Assembly (NCBI GenBank): GCA_902763535.1
Contig: CACWSG010000003.1
Coordinates: 88,779-152,778, forward strand
Origin: an uncultured Pseudomonadota bacterium
GTDB taxonomy: Bacteria > Pseudomonadota > Alphaproteobacteria > RF32 > CAG-239
DNA: 64,000 bases
Reading direction: 5' to 3'
The notes beneath the pieces are model-generated. The model made no database searches. It was not told where the DNA came from and saw only the letters and a program-made list of their open reading frames with translations. Positions 63,074 through 64,000 of the stretch are shown in pieces. The position numbers and the translations under genes are program-made. Numbering within the stretch: the first letter of the stretch is position 1; each line of letters begins with the position of its first letter.

Positions 63074-64000
63074 TTATTTTATCAGCGCTATTTTGTTGCC
63101 GGAGGTGCGTCGGATGATGCCGCCAAGTTCCAACTCCAAAATTTGGGCAGCCACAGCTGAGGGATTCTGACCGGTTAATCTTATCAATTCGTCAATTTCA
63201 ACCCCATCGACGGTCAAAAATTCAGCCAAAGGCGAGTCAATATTATTCTTTTTTTCATTTTTGCTAAACTTAACATCATTATTTGCAAAAACAAGAACTT
63301 TTTGTTGAGCTTGGGAATTTTGCATAAAAGATTGCGTCGGATGTCGTTTGAGAGCGGACAGGATATCAGCGGCACAGTCAGCCAAAACGGCACCTTTTTT
63401 GATTAAAAAATTGGAGCCGGATGAGCGCGTGACATCGGGGGTTCCCGGAACGGCAAACAACATTTTGCCCTGTCGAATGGCATAATCAGCAGTGATAAGC
63501 GAGCCGGATTTCAGCCCCGCTTCAACTACCAAAACACCTTGGCTTAGGCCGGCAATAATGCGGTTACGGCGGGGAAAATTGGCGGCAATACCTGAAGTTT
63601 CGAGCGGAAATTCCGATATAACACAACCATGTTCTGCAATTTGCTCATAAAGATTTTGATTTTCACTGGGATAGACCACATCAACTCCGGTGCCCAATAC
63701 GGCAACCGTCAAGCCGTCTTTGGCAGTTAAGGCTCCGCAATGGGCTGCAGAATCAATACCTCTTGCCATGCCGGAGATGATGCCGATTTGCTCTTTAGCG
63801 AGCTCTTCGGCGATTCGGGCGGCAATCCGACAACCGTTAGATGAGGCGGCGCGCGAGCCGACAATGGCAATGTTGCGCGACAAATTCAGGGCTTGAGGAT
63901 TGCCTTTGACATAAAGGATTGGCGGATAGTCGTTGATATTTTTTAACAGAGAGGGATATTCAGGGTCGGTATAGAGCAAAATTTTAATGTCTTTAGCGGC
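63074..64000 (-). CDS. dprA: DNA-processing protein DprA (N-terminus probably beyond the window)
   Basis: The Rossmann-like DprA core is IAIVGSRAAS..GMARGIDSAAH..VLGTGVD. A C-terminal winged-helix is present. The reading frame is open up to the window edge region. Confidence 0.85.
   Translation of the reverse strand, partial: AAKDIKILLYTDPEYPSLLKNINDYPPILYVKGNPQALNLSRNIAIVGSRAASSNGCRIAARIAEELAKEQIGIISGMARGIDSAAHCGALTAKDGLTVAVLGTGVDVVYPSENQNLYEQIAEHGCVISEFPLETSGIAANFPRRNRIIAGLSQGVLVVEAGLKSGSLITADYAIRQGKMLFAVPGTPDVTRSSGSNFLIKKGAVLADCAADILSALKRHPTQSFMQNSQAQQKVLVFANNDVKFSKNEKKNNIDSPLAEFLTVDGVEIDELIRLTGQNPSAVAAQILELELGGIIRRTSGNKIALIK

Overview
64-kb chromosomal window from a low-GC Gram-negative bacterium. 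It is probably alphaproteobacterial: there is a GTTC-N7-GTTC SOS box, a DUF3489 gene, MotAB, SPOR and outer-membrane proteins. No rRNA, CRISPR array, transposase or integrase ORF is visible. Left flank (1-5.3 kb): tRNA-Arg, cstA, motAB, nagAB and tRNA-Ile2(CAU). Centre (about 5.3-30.6 kb): a visibly more A+T-rich island of about 25 kb inserted at the 3' end of tRNA-Ile2. It is bounded by an imperfect direct repeat of about 97 nt and carries extra tRNA-3'-end fragments. The island holds a WYL-regulator-linked cluster of unknown genes (UDG-like protein, repeat protein, small paralogues, a DnaQ-like protein with substituted catalytic residues) and HNH/TerS phage remnants. It also holds one long co-directional defence array: HTH-Panacea/RelE-like TA, then hsdM, a HEPN-like gene, hsdS, a PIN-like gene, a TM gene and hsdR, then patatin, a CD-NTase-like gene and an E2-like/SEC-C gene. 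The rest of the island holds a ParB-like protein, an AbiL-like ATPase/RloB pair and about 0.9 kb of repeat-rich non-coding DNA. Right flank (30.6-64 kb) is mostly housekeeping and accessory: an SOS-boxed UmuC-like polymerase, an RsbU/V/W-type module, GNAT, VanX-like dipeptidase, BioG-like esterase, Hsp20, a 746-aa protein with two HEPN-type RN-x3-H motifs, tRNA-Pro, a two-component system, tRNA-Gly, prfC, a T5orf172-methyltransferase fusion, a SPOR lipoprotein, a pentapeptide-repeat protein, an orphan T4CP-like ATPase, rarA, topA and dprA. The best candidates for undescribed biology are: (i) the three passenger genes wired into the type I R-M operon; (ii) the WYL-linked cluster; (iii) a structured module of about 150 nt that sits between a tRNA and a duplicate of its own 3' end at two different tRNA loci; (iv) the dual-HEPN 746-aa protein. 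All functional calls come from motif recognition by eye, and no database search was run.
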